A DNA stretch of 64,000 bases, from assembly GCA_051294375.1 (NCBI GenBank), contig CM119263.1, forward strand, positions 31,070,949-31,134,948, in the 5' to 3' direction. Origin of the DNA: Paraspadella gotoi. Taxonomy: Eukaryota > Animalia > Chaetognatha. Both the position numbers and the translations under genes were made by a program. The notes below the pieces were generated by a model. The model was not told where the DNA came from and ran no database searches. It saw only the letters and a list, made by a program, of their open reading frames with translations. Positions 1-13,100 of this stretch are shown in pieces. Positions within the stretch are counted from its first letter, which is position 1, and every line of letters starts with the position of its first letter.

Positions 1-1159
1 TAGCTCAATCACATACTTTTCTACCCACACACAAAATTTTTTAGGAGCTTTCAAAAGATATTAATCTTGATACCTTTATATAAAGTTTTGTAAAAAAATA
101 GTTAAAAAGTTAAATAAACAGATTGAAAAAAAATGGAGTTTTAAAATGAAACACAATTTTGAAGACAACTTTTCTCCATTCAGTATCAAGTCAAATCAAA
201 ACCAATCAATATAAAATTTGGATAAATAAATGATTTAGGTTTTTATTACAGAAAAAAGTTTCAAATGAAAAATTTTTTTACAAATTTGCAAATGACGATT
301 TTTTACTAGGGTTAAGGTTTTAGCTTGGCATGAGATAGGGTTAGGGCTAAAAAAATGGCCAGCTGTAAATGATGTAAGATTGTAAATAAGATAAATTAAT
401 TAGGGTTAGGGTTTTTATTGGGGTTTATTCAGGGTGAATAGGAAGGCTTATTATATCCCCATTATTCCTGGCCAGTCCCTTTTCCAACCCTAAACTTGGC
501 CAATGTTTTTTGTCTATCACTTAGTCCGACCTTAATATAAAAAGATTGATTGGATGCCCGAGTATGGTTATTCCTTTCAGGCATATAATATACTATGAAA
601 GAAGTAAACTAATATGACAAGTTTTATAGTTTATTTTTGAATTCATTAATTAAAAAGTTAAAAATAAAAAATATAATATTAAAGTAATTTAGTTTTTTAT
701 CTTTTAAATGAGATATCATTAAACCATATGTAACAAAAATTATATAAAAAATATATAATATNNNNNNNNNNNNNNNNNNNNNNNNNNNNNNNNNNNNNNN
801 NNNNNNNNNNNNNNNNNNNNNNNNNNNNNNNNNNNNNNNNNNNNNNNNNNNNNNNNNNNNNNNNNNNNNNNNNNNNNNNNNNNNNNNNNNNNNNNNNNNN
901 NNNNNNNNNNNNNNNNNNNNNNNNNNNNNNNNNNNNNNNNNNNNNNNNNNNNNNNNNNNNNNNNNNNNNNNNNNNNNNNNNNNNNNNNNNNNNNNNNNNN
1001 NNNNNNNNNNNNNNNNNNNNNNNNNNNNNNNNNNNNNNNNNNNNNNNNNNNNNNNNNNNNNNNNNNNNNNNNNNNNNNNNNNNNNNNNNNNNNNNNNNNN
1101 NNNNNNNNNNNNNNNNNNNNNNNNNNNNNNNNNNNNNNNNNNNNNNNNNNNNNNNNNNN

Positions 1160-1369
1160 TTTTTTAATTTAATAATTATAATCTTATTTTATTTTTATGC
1201 AGCTGGAGCCGGGCATTTTTATTTCGCCTCCGGCTCCAGCTCCGGCTCCGGTCAAAAATTTTTTTTGGCTCCGGCTCCAGCTCCGGCCAGATAAAAATTC
1301 TGGCTCCGGCTCCGGCAAAAAAAGCTCAGCTCCGGCGACTCAAGCTCCGGCTCCGGCTCCACATCCCTG
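1160..1369. mobile_element. End of a non-autonomous DNA transposon (MITE) with (GCTCCG)n subterminal repeats, truncated by the N gap
   Basis: Repeated GGCTCC(A/G)GCTCC units end in ACATCCCTG, which reads CAGGGATGTGGAGCCGGAGCC on the minus strand (hAT-like CAGGG terminus). It interrupts the BEL gag ORF and supplies its apparent SRSRS tail. Confidence 0.55.
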
Positions 1370-3364
1370 TTGCTGATGCCTTTGAATCTTTCTCCAACTG
1401 TTTCCCTGACTGCTGCTGCTGGGTCCCAGGCTTTTTAAATCCCTTAGCCACCTTAGAAGCAGTTTCTGAAAACTGCTTGGCCTTAGAATCAGCAGTTGCC
1501 TGTACAATGTTGACCTTAGCAGTAGCAGCAGCCTTGGCCTTGGAAGGGCTGCTGGATCTTGCTGCACCTTTTGACGCAAAAGGAGATTCCATCTCCAGAA
1601 CTCTGTCATGAATAAAGGAAATGAAAGCAGCAAACCCAGCTGTACGATTCAACCGTACCGTCATGTTATGGTGATATTTCTTCCAAGCTTCTCTGATGAT
1701 GGGGACGCGTCTTTCAATGATTCTCCGCAGGACGTAAATGGAATCAAACTCTTTATAATCATCATTGATTTGAGCTACCTTTGCCAACCATTGGAGATCC
1801 CAGCAAAATTCGCACAGACCATCATGGTCAGAGGATTTGATCTCCCCCTTCTTCAGGAGCTCTTCCAATTTATCCAAAGCAGTACATTTCTTGTAGCCCC
1901 AATATTCACGTAACCTTGTCTTTGCAAGTTCCAGAGCTTCGTCACCATTGGCATGCTTCTTAAACTCTTGGATCGCCATATTAGCCGCTCCCTTAGTCCA
2001 CTCCAACAATTCAAAAAATTTGTCATGCCCAGTCATGCCAGCAGGAAAGGCTCACAACCTGCTGGTGTGCCCGACCACTTTTCTGCCTGAGATGGATGCT
2101 TACGTTGTAAAGTGCTGCCGCCAACTATATGCAGCAGGGCACAATCCTGGGCACTGAAGTGTTGAGGGACTGGAGGAAGGGCTGCACCAATTACAGGCGC
2201 TGCTGTGGCTGAAACCAAAGGAAGAGGATTAATAGGAGGAACCCAAACCCCTGCCAAAGGATTCAGAGCAATAGCACCTGGTGAAGGATCTTTGAAATCG
2301 ATGTTTTCCTTTAAAGAATTTTTATTTACTGCCGTTGGAGCAGCAGCATCACCTCCATTCGTAGCATCAGTCACGGAGGAGTGCTTTGACGTCCAATCCG
2401 CGACCATATCCTGTGTAGGTTGAGGAGGATCTGCAAGAAGAGGTAATTCTTGTTCATTATCAATAGCTTCAACAGCATCAATTCTTGCTTGCAGGTCAGC
2501 TTGAATCTTCTTTCCTTCTAATTCTTTTAACTTCAGATCTCTTTCAAATTTTTGTTTCTCTAAAGCAGCATTTAAAGCTTGATTCTGTTCAAAATCTTTT
2601 TTCAATATATCAACCATTTCTTGGTCAATAGCCTGTGTAGCTTTAATTGCTGCTAACTCAGCTTTCATAGATTTAGCAGACCTGCTACTCTTACCAGACC
2701 CATGCAAATCTCTTCCAGAACCAAATCTGACTGACCTCCCTTCCCTCTTTGTCCCTGATCTCCTGCTAGGGTGGTTGGAATTCTCGCGAGCAGCATCACG
2801 AGGGCAGCTTGAAGCCCGGCCAGTTCCTGTAGCAGCCCCTCTGGAGCCACCACAAGAACCAGCCAGGCTGAGCTCACCCACAGTTCTGCCACTTGGCGGT
2901 AACCCCAGTGCAGGTGCACCCTCCACTTCAGACTGAGAAGGCCCTTCTAAATCATCATCATGACCAGTGACAATCACCTTGGGCCTTACATCAACCTGAG
3001 TGGTAGGAACACCAAGCACTCCACCAGCCGTATCAGGGAAAAAAGATCTGGGAGGAGGACCATAACTTGGGCTCTTTGGAAACCCTCTTTGCTGTGCCAA
3101 GCTATCCCAAGCAAGAAGAGTAGCTTGTGCTTGATTCACTTCATCTCTGTTAGCTTTAGCTTATTTTGAATCCCATGTCGTCACGCTCGTCCCTTCCAAC
3201 ACCATCAGGGCGGCATTGACCCACATCCGAGGGTTGTAATCCGGAATCTTCCCTTCTGCGACCAGCTTCAGCTCCGCGACCAACTCCAGATGCGCCGCCC
3301 GAAGCTCATCATTGGGCTGACTGTTGCGAGGTGACCGACCAAGGCCCGAGCCAAGTGAAGCCAT
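1370..3364 (-). mobile_element. Decayed BEL/Pao LTR retrotransposon gag region
   Basis: ORFs 3364-3161 and 3139-2033 share a frame, separated by one stop; a frameshift leads into 2036-1370. A coiled coil is followed by EKWSGTP...KFFELLEWTKGAA...ALELAKTRLREYWG...IKSSDHDGL...VPIIREAWKK, which fits BEL/Pao gag (DUF1759-like). No pol seen. 3365-4264 may be 5' UTR/LTR, but the termini are unresolved. Confidence 0.7.
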
Positions 3365-4983
3365 CTCGAATCTATGGGGAAAGGAAAAAACCGAAATTTA
3401 AAGGGGAAAAGGTTAAATAAAAATAAGTCAAAATCGTTTAAAGGGCGAGCGTCGTCGTCTAAACGAGATGCTCAAGCCGTCATAATCTTTGGCTGAAGGT
3501 GTGAGAGACGGAGAGATTCTTGACGATCTTCACCACCAGCGTCGTAAATGAGACCGAATCTTTTGCCTCCAATATTATGAATCTCCGCGCGTCGTGATTT
3601 TTACCAAGAGAGAAAGGGAGAGAAATATTAGTTTCACCAGCGTCGCGTTTTGGCGAATAAATTCGCGTCATAAAAAGGCCAGGAATCAAAGTAAAATTTT
3701 CAATCGAATTTCAAATTCTCACCTTTTTTAAATCTCTCACCTCGGCGAAGACGCGGTAGCGTTCCAGCTCCGTTTCTAATGTTTGATCTTGCTGCCTAAA
3801 AACCTAATATCTCGGCCAGGAATCCGAAAGTTAGCGTTAGTAGTATATTGCATTACATAAAAGGCACGAAAACGAGTAAAAACAGGATAAAAACATAAAT
3901 AAAAACAGGATAAAAACAAGATAAAACAGATAAAAATTCGTGCATCAAAGTAAAACCATTATGCAATTGTAAAATGCATGTTTTAGAAACGGTTGGCTGT
4001 CCATAGGGGCAAGATCGGAGCGTCTCAATAAACCCCCGGCCAACGCGTTTCCTTGATGGCTTCGCGTGAAATTCGCGGGAAAAAAGGTAAAATATCTTTT
4101 CCCAATTCTCGACGGTGATTGGTCGAGGCCCGCCAATCCAATGCTTGCATTTTGCGATCCAAAACGCGAAGGGGAGCCTCGCGGCCCAACACAGATACAT
4201 GTATAATTATAATATTTTAAATTAAAGGGTAGAGGGACCACATTGCTATTAATAGAAATAAACAAGTTTGAGAAAACAATGTCGGTTCTGCCTACGATAA
4301 TTAGTTAATTAATTAATTAGTTAATCGATTAATTAATTAATATTTTTAAATATGTAATAATTAATTATTAAATTTTATATTCAACTTATCATCATCATGT
4401 CCTTAAAAATTGGTTAGGACAGTTATTAGAATTGTCTTGTTTACATTTTATCAAAACAAACAAATATCCTCTATTTTATTTTATGTGTCCTTCTCTCTCT
4501 CTCTCCTCGACTTCTCTCTCTCTCTCTCTCTCCTCTCTTTTTTGCAATTGCGATGCTTATCTTATCTTTTTAAGATTTTTTTAACTTGGCATCATTTTTC
4601 AACATTAATTATATTAATTAATTAAAACATTTATTAAGTAATCATTAATATTAGATTCAAGTAAATGTGACTTATGTTTTTTTCCATCTAAACTCATTCC
4701 ACTGGCACATTTCCGTCAAAAGCTTTATATAATTATTATATATTAATAAATATTTAAAAGCTTCAGTGCAATAACCCAATGAACTAATTTCAAAAAGTTA
4801 CATTGGAAATCGATTTTAGTAGAAGGAAAAAAGAAGATTTTTTTGAGAGAATTAGAAGTTATAAAAAGTGTTCAATTTTGGCCGCGCTTACTAAAGCAAT
4901 ATATTGGCATTGGATTAAACAATGTATATCGGAAAATAATTTTTATCAAATTTTATGCTATTTTGTTAAGTAATTTTAAAGTA

Positions 4984-5900
4984 TTTTTAGTCGGATCTGC
5001 TTATCAGCAGATCCCGACTCCTAATGATTCATTTGTCGGTCCGTCGGTCCGCCACCTCAATATTGTCGGGGCATCACTTATATTCATGTCAGAACATCGA
5101 ATTATGATAAATTATGCAAAAAATAACGATGTCCGTCCGTCGTCCGTCCGTCCGTCCGTTCCGTCCGTCCGTCCGTCCCACCTTAGCAAAAACACCAATT
5201 ACTGCGTGATGGGTGGATGGATCGGAATGAAATTTTGTGTGTAGGGTAGGGAAGTGTGTATCGTCGCGAGTGGAAATGAGTTTAAATGGAAAAAATGAAA
5301 AAAAATTATGTCACTATTTGAACACCATTACTCAAGAGTGGATAGGGCGAATTGACTTGAATATTTTGTATTCTGGGTAGATGTGTGTGATTGAGCTGGA
5401 AATCAAGTTTCGATGGAATCGTATTTGAGTGGAAAGAGTTTAAATGGAAAAAAACAAAAAACACTGTTTCACTATGTGACACACGCTTCTTTTTTCCTTT
5501 TATATTAAATTGTAAATGAAAGGATGTAATTAATAATCAAATAATTAATCAGTTAATTAATGAATTTAAGTCCAATTAATTAATCAAATAATTATATTAT
5601 TAGTCATAAATCCGTCCCTTCCGTCCATCCTTAGCAAAAAGCTCCAATAACTCGTGATTGGTGGGTTGGATTGGAATGAAAATTTGTGTGTGGGTAGGAC
5701 AGTGTGAGATGAAGCTGGATATAAAGTTTCGATGGAATCGTGCGAGTGGAAATGAGTTTAAATGGAAAAAAACATAAGTTGCACTTACTAATAAATACTC
5801 TATTTAACCATAATTGGATGGATATTTTGAGTTAAAATTTTGTGTGTGGGTTGGAAAGTGTGTGACGAAGTTTCGGTGGAAACGTACGAGTGGAAATGAG
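4984..5900 (+). mobile_element. Helentron-associated (HINE/DINE-1-like) non-autonomous element
   Basis: T-run, then hairpin GGATCTGC-TTATCA-GCAGATCC, a (GTCC)n microsatellite at 5131-5178, and internal repeats of GGATCGGAATGAAATTTTGTGTG...GAGTGGAAATGAGTTTAAATGG. Confidence 0.6.
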
Positions 5901-7149
5901 TCTCTCTCAGTCTCTGTCTGTCTCTCNNNNNNNNNNNNNNNNNNNNNNNNNNNNNNNNNNNNNNNNNNNNNNNNNNNNNNNNNNNNNNNNNNNNNNNNNN
6001 NNNNNNNNNNNNNNNNNNNNNNNNNNAAAGGACTCCAAAGACGACGCGCGCTTCTTTAAGGCTCATTTGAGCGCATCATGAGGCGGGATGCCGGAGCGTC
6101 CGCTTCAATGCTAAGTACCTTTCTGTTTTGCTGAACGCTCCTCCGCCTCCATGAGTTGAGGCCCTTCCGCTCGCGAGGGGCCGGCTGACGCACGTCGGAC
6201 GCACGCCATCATTGACGATCTTGCCAAGCCCCTGGAGACGCACCTCGTCGGGGTTTTGGCGGCGATTTTTTTGCTTTTGCGCCCTCTCCCGGAAGTCTCG
6301 GCGCTTAGCTTGTTCGGACGCTGCCCCCTTCGGATCTCAAGACACGGTTCTGTGCAGTTCTCCGCCCTCCACGTCGCATTCCTTTTTACGGAGACCGCCT
6401 TCCACTGAACGTCACTCACAGCGTTCCATTCTTCGCTTCTCCGCCCTCCGGGGCCCTGTTCTCGCTAGCCGCAAAGCGAGTGGGCGATGCAGTCCGCGTA
6501 GGTCCCCGCTCGCCGTCCCCTACCGTGGCCCTCGCAAGTCTTCGCCTCCTCCCAAGCGTAGGAGGCGGGGCTCCAGGGACGTCATAAGTACGCCCACATT
6601 TAGATCGCCGCCGAATCAGCTCTGTCGGCCGTTGCCTCGCTCTGGCCGTCAGTGTTCTCCACTGGCCCGGGCTTTCGTCCCATGCGACTGGTTTTTTTTG
6701 CGGCGGTTTCTCATCCCCCCCTTTCTACGACGTATCCGGTCAAGGCTGGGCCGTGGCGCTTGCACCCGGAGAAGTCTTCGCGGATTCCCCCTCTTGATTT
6801 TCTGCTTGGTTTCCACGAGTGATTCTGTCTCGATCGGTCCGGATCGTACTGATGGTAGGCGTACGGGTGAGGCCGGAAGAGAAGGCGGGTGAAAGAGGTT
6901 CTTCCTCTTTCGTTTTTTCTCTCGGCGAGATGTCGCGTGTTGCAGAGCAATTGCCATCTTTGTTGGTGGGAAAAAGAACCATGAAGAATCCCGGTTCCAT
7001 TTGGAACCATAAATTTTTGATTGATGATGGATGATGATGACGATTGGTGATGATATAGATTTAGATTTGATTATATTTATTTATATTGATACAACTACAT
7101 TATAGAGGCGATGAGTTAAAGTATATGATTAAAATTGCTTCCATTTCAG

Positions 7150-10100
7150 ATCGTCTGCGCCGTCGGATGCGAAATCTTTTACTTGGAAGTCGACGATGAC
7201 ATTCGCCTCCGGGGATCAGTGGAGATGGCGCACGAGGTCGCCTGCCTCGACATCGCTTCTTGGCCTTCGGAGGCTGGAGATTCAGTGGTAATCCCGATGA
7301 TGATGATGATTACGTAAATATTTATCATTCATCCTCTCTCTTCATCCTCTCAGCGAACCCTCTGCGCCGTTGGTCTGTGGACGGAGATCTCGGCGCGGGT
7401 GTTGGCGCTGCCGTCGCTGGAGCAGCTGCACACAGAGATGTTGGGCGGAGAGATCATCCCGCGTTCGGTGCTGATGACGACCTTCGAGGGAACCCCGTAT
7501 CTGCTCTGCGCTTTGGGTAATTCTACTTTCCATTTGCATATTGTCGTAATCGACAAAAAAAAATAAAAATACGGCGTAATCCTATTAGTCACAAGTTTAG
7601 CGATATTTATGTTTCTTCGAGAGGCTAGCGCAGTTATCATACGTCACCTCGGTCCACTCTTACTTAATTTTATTGGCGCTTATATCTTATTTTTTAGAAA
7701 ATCAGAATTTTTTTCTTCTCACATTTGACTATTTTTCATAATATAAATTTCTGGATTTTAAATGTGATATTGTACTACATTAGAATTTAAGTAAGTAGAC
7801 AGAGATGTTAGTATGTACATGTAGTCGGGCATTGCAATATGTTCACCCCATCTTTAAGGCCTGGGATCACTCGCCAAAAGTTATAAATAGGGTAACACAA
7901 AGCTTGGATTTTGAAAGTAGAGGTCCAGTCGATTCCGAAAATGTATTCACTTTACTATTTCTTCAAAAACCGTTGGTGTTTTTTTCTAATTTTATATTAC
8001 TATATAAAATAAAAGAAACCTATCGGAAGAGTTGCAGCCCAAACGGCGAAGCGGATTTTGATGAAATTTAACATAATCTTACTTGAGGTGAAGGTCCCCA
8101 ATTCTATGAGAGGGATTTTCCAAATTCACTTTTCTTCATAGAAAAAAAAGATAAGGAAATTTTGGCGTTAAAATCTAAATATCTTGAAAACGAATAACAT
8201 TTTCAAAATCCCTCTCATAGAATTTCTCTCACATTTTCCGATACTAACGAAAAATAATTTTTAGTTATATTTTTTTCAAACAGTTTTCGCTCCAACTACT
8301 TTTTTGTTTATTTATTTATTTTTTTTTTTTTTTCTGTAGATTTTAACAGAATGAAAGTCGAGCAAGAACTTTAAAATCGACGATGCTTTTGTAAATCTAT
8401 TTTCATTTCTATTTTAAATGATAGGCTTTACCGTTCTCTCTGAAGTTTTATGCCAATTTTTTAATTTTTTTTTTAAAAATTTAAAAAAATGCTGAGAACC
8501 CAAAACACGGACGAGGAAACAAGGAGGAATGCTGCAAGGGGTTACTTATTTTGCGTCTGTGGCAAACGGTCAAGCTTTAAAGCCAGTTTTGAATGTGGGG
8601 AACAGAAACTAATTGGAAGAGGAGAGCATAACGATTGTCCATAGCAGTGGAATCAGTGACCATCTATGGCACCATAGAGAGTTTCTATTTCAAGAGGATC
8701 GATTGCAGATGCCAATGGACGATTGTCTTTGACTTTTAAAAATTGATACAATTTTTGTATTACTCTTTTTAGTAAAAAATGGTATTAGGCATCAATTAAA
8801 TATGTATTTTGCACTCTCTCTACATAAACGTTTATATTGTTCATCGCTTAATTTGAATCCAATTACATCATAAAGAATGACTAGGTTTTAGGTACTAGTA
8901 TTACATCTGAGGTAGCTGATGTTAAATTGAATAATAAAGAATTAAATTCGCTTTTAAAAATGACTTTACCGTCTTGAATGAAATTTTTTAAGTTTACCGA
9001 TAAAAAAACTTGCCGATTTTTGGGTGCTCTTGAAGCTGAACCTTAGTCAAATTTGAAGTTTTTTTATTTGAAACACGAAGGAATATACTTCTTTTGCATA
9101 AAAAAATTTGTATAAAGCATTTTATCAATTTCTTGATGTTGAATGATCCCAGGCCTTAAGCATATAACCTTCATATAACCCGGTGGCTCATTGAGTAATA
9201 ACATCAGCTCATGACTGTAATAATTAGCTTATTAATTAAATCATCAGTTATTCTATGAACCGCCAAAATATATAAACTACTAATAAAATATTTTTAATTA
9301 CAATGACCATTAGGTACCGGGATCGATCCCCAATGGTACCTTCCCTGTGGGAACCGTGAGGACGACCGTAAACCGCCTTGGGGGCCTGGAAAACCCCCAA
9401 GCCTGGTTCCAAGCCCATGCCCCATTCCATTGCTGCTGGGGGGGCACGGAAGTTACGGATAGTAGTCTTCAACTCACTTTGCGCCTTTTCCCCATACATA
9501 TTACAAATATTGAATTTATATGTAGGGGACGGCTCTTTGTTCTACTTTCTCCTTGACACGGCGACGGGCGTCCTTTCCGATCGAAAGAAAGTCACTCTGG
9601 GGACGCAACCTACGATCCTTCGAACCTTCAAGTCCAGCGGCGCCACCAACATCTTCGCTTGTTCCGACAGACCGACCGTCATTTATTCGTCCAACCACAA
9701 GGTGGTGGGGGAAAGTCCGACTTTCTATAGTTTCTCAAGTTTCCTTCAAGCTAACGAAACTCTCTCTCTCTCTCTCTCTCTCATCGGATCTCCCTCCCTC
9801 TCCCCTTCTCCCTCCCTCCTTCTTCCCTCTCTCTCTCTCTCGTCACATCACACACACAGCTCCTCTTCTCCAACGTGAATCTCCGCGAGGTCTTATTCAT
9901 GTGCCCCCTCAATTCTGCCGCCTACCCCGACTCGATGGCGCTGGCCGACGACGCCGCCCTCACCATCGGCACCATAGACGAGATACAGAAGCTGCACATC
10001 CGCACCGTCCCTCTGGCGGAGAGTCCAAGACGAATCGCGTATCAAGAGTCGTCGCAGGTTGGTTCATTGAGAGAGGTTGCGGGAATAGGGAGGATTTTGG

Positions 10101-13100
10101 CGGGAATAGTAAATGAAGGGTTTGACATCACGCGCTTTCTTGCATGAATTTTTAAATTTGATCAAAAGGTAATATATTGAAATACCGGTCAAATGCGTTT
10201 TTCTTCATCGTCAGACGTTTGGTGTGATTTCTATTCGGCTCGACTACTTTGACGGGACGCAACCGCTGCCCTCGCGACCCTCGGCCTCGACGACCGCGTT
10301 AAACACCACCTCCAGCGCCAACACCGTCAAAGCTGGATCGGCTGGACCCGGTCCCGGAGAATTACAGGTGACCTTGACAATTATGACAATGTAGACTTTG
10401 ATAAATACTAAAATATATCGGTTATTTTATTTATATTATCTTATTCATCCTTGTTACTTATAATTATTATATGTGGACGCACGAAAAATTTTAATTATTT
10501 TCCAGGCGAAAAAGCATTACTTTAGTTTCCAAAGAATACCTTCTGTCTTGTTTTTGTTTCCGCTCATTAATTATTTAAATTTAAAGTTTAAATGGTAGAC
10601 TTTGAAGCTTCGGAAGTCATTCGATAAGTTAATAAATGTAGTTAATAAATCCTCCACTCTTATTTCTCTTGAGGTCGGCGACGAAGTTGAAGTTCATTCG
10701 CTTCTCATCATCGATCAACACACTTTCGAAGTCTTCAACGCCCACAGATTAATGCAGAACGAGTTTGCCACAGGTGACTCAAGTTGTGTTGGTTTGGTGA
10801 CTGAATTGTATCGAACTTTCGATGGAGAATTTAAAAAAAAAAAGAATGTAATCTCTTTTTTGTTCAGCACTTATTTCGGCCCAGTTCAGTGACGATCCTC
10901 TTCAGTATTTCGTCGTCGGAACCGCCTTCATCTATCCCGAAGAACCCGAGCCTAAGCAAGGAAGGATCCTCTTGTTTCACTATGCCGACGGAAAGCTCTC
11001 CCAGGTAAGTCTTCAATTTTTATTTGTTAATCATTATCATTGACGTAAAGTATAAATAATTATCGATAAACCGAAAAATATTAATAATATTAAACTCTGA
11101 AACCAAAATGAACCTATCGAACTTCATTACTACGAATGTTAATGAGATTGAGAGATTAGACTTTTGCCACTCCCACTATACGTCGCCAGGTGGCGGAAAA
11201 AGAGATCCGCGGCGCCGCTTATTCTTTGGTGGAATTCAACGGGAAACTCCTCGCCTCTGTCAACTCGACCGTTCGACTCTACGAGTGGACGAGCGATAAA
11301 GAACTGCGGCTGGAATGCTCTCACTTTAATAACATCATCGCTCTTTACTTAAAGACAAAGGGTGAGTTTAAGTCAAATTTCCATTAGAATTTATAATAAT
11401 TTTAGTATAAAAATAAATCTATTCATTTAGATTTGACTTGTCTTACTCTTAGTACGAGGTAGTGTTGTGGTGTGGTGTCCAAAATTTTTGGTACTCGCGG
11501 AGCAACTCTATAAGTCACTTTTCAGTCGGTCTGTTGATCGGTATGTCTGTCCGTTAAAAATGCATATAATTCGCTTATAAGTTATAGTTGGTTGCTCATT
11601 TGTTAAAACAGGAAAAAACTCAAATCTAAGGGACTGCTAGCGCCGCTTTCAGGAAATACTAAAACTATAAGGAATAAAAGACTCGATGTATAAATACAAT
11701 GGCTAAGAAAGTTTTTTACTCATATCATGTCATAATATGAAATTGGTACAACCAATATAATTAAATATGATTAAAGGGAAATACATATGAAAATAAAGTC
11801 ACTGCGGCGCAACAGATTGTATTCACCGTTCTTGTTTCGACATAAGAATTCGGTTCAAATTTTTTTAGTCAAATGTCCTATATTGCAATATGTAAATTGA
11901 TTTAAGTCGCGAGTCCTATTTTTTCAAAGGCGACTTCATTCTCGTTGGAGATTTGATGAGATCCGTCACCCTTTTGGCCTACAAATCTATGGAAGGCTCC
12001 TTCGAGGAAATCGCTCAGGTATTTTGCGTTGAAATCGATTGATTATTGATTGATTGATGTAATCATTGAGAAATAAAACGCCATTTAATTGAAACGCAAA
12101 TAACGTGATTTGAGGATTTCAACCCGAACTGGATGTCGGCGGTGGAGATTCTCGACGACGACACTTTTATCGGCGCCGAAAACTCATACAATCTCTTCAC
12201 TTGTCAAAAGGATTCCGCCGCCGCCACCGACGAAGACCGACAGCATTTGCAGGTTTCGTTCGGGAGAATTATTTCATTTAGAGATACCTTAAACCACCAA
12301 AACATGTCCAAAGTCAGGGGCAAGAAAGCTTATTTATTAAATGAATGCATATTTTTTATATTGTTTGTATCAATTTCATAGATTAAAATATAATAATACA
12401 TTTTATTTATTTATTTTTTATTAGATTATAACAGAGGGATATCTCTGTAAGAGAATGGTTATTGGTTACCCTAATTATACATGACATCGGTTAATATAGG
12501 TTCAGTGGATATTTAATTAGTGACTTAATGGTAGGGGGAGGAGCAATACTTAAAATAAAACTATTTTATTTATTATCCCAGCGGGGACGTTTTTAAATGA
12601 CGTAGTAGTATAATTACAAGATTTTTAAGCGCCATTAAGCCCAATGAAATTACCCTATTCTTTGCGCCATTCGAATAAATCTACTGTAATATGCAAATTA
12701 GGTCGAACAAAAAAAAATTACAAAAATTGGAAGTTTTAGATCAACTATGATAAATAATGACTATATCTAATGATAAACTAGTTCAAAGTAATCTATACTA
12801 GCTAACTAACCTCTAAATTACCAACTTTTATGAAATAATTATTATCTAAAAAGACTAATAACCTGACTCCTAGCTATGTAATTTCCTTTCTTTTCGTTGC
12901 GTTTCGGAATTTGTGTACCAAGCAGAGATTTTTTATTTTAACTCCTAGCAAAAAACTAAACAACAAATTTATTTCAAATATTATTGCTAACAAGAGAATT
13001 AAGACAACGTCATAAAATCAAGAACATTAACAAAGTCATTCATTTCAAATGTTTTCAATATGTATCTTTGTTAAAGTAACTAAGTCATTTTTTTGGGAAA

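Noticed and set aside
300-495. TTAGGG-like telomeric motifs
   Set aside because: Only scattered one- to two-unit matches in AT-rich repeat DNA; not an array.
9305-9494. U1 snRNA similarity (TCCATTGC, GCGCCTTTTCCCC)
   Set aside because: No ATACTTACCTG 5' end or Sm site; matches are short.
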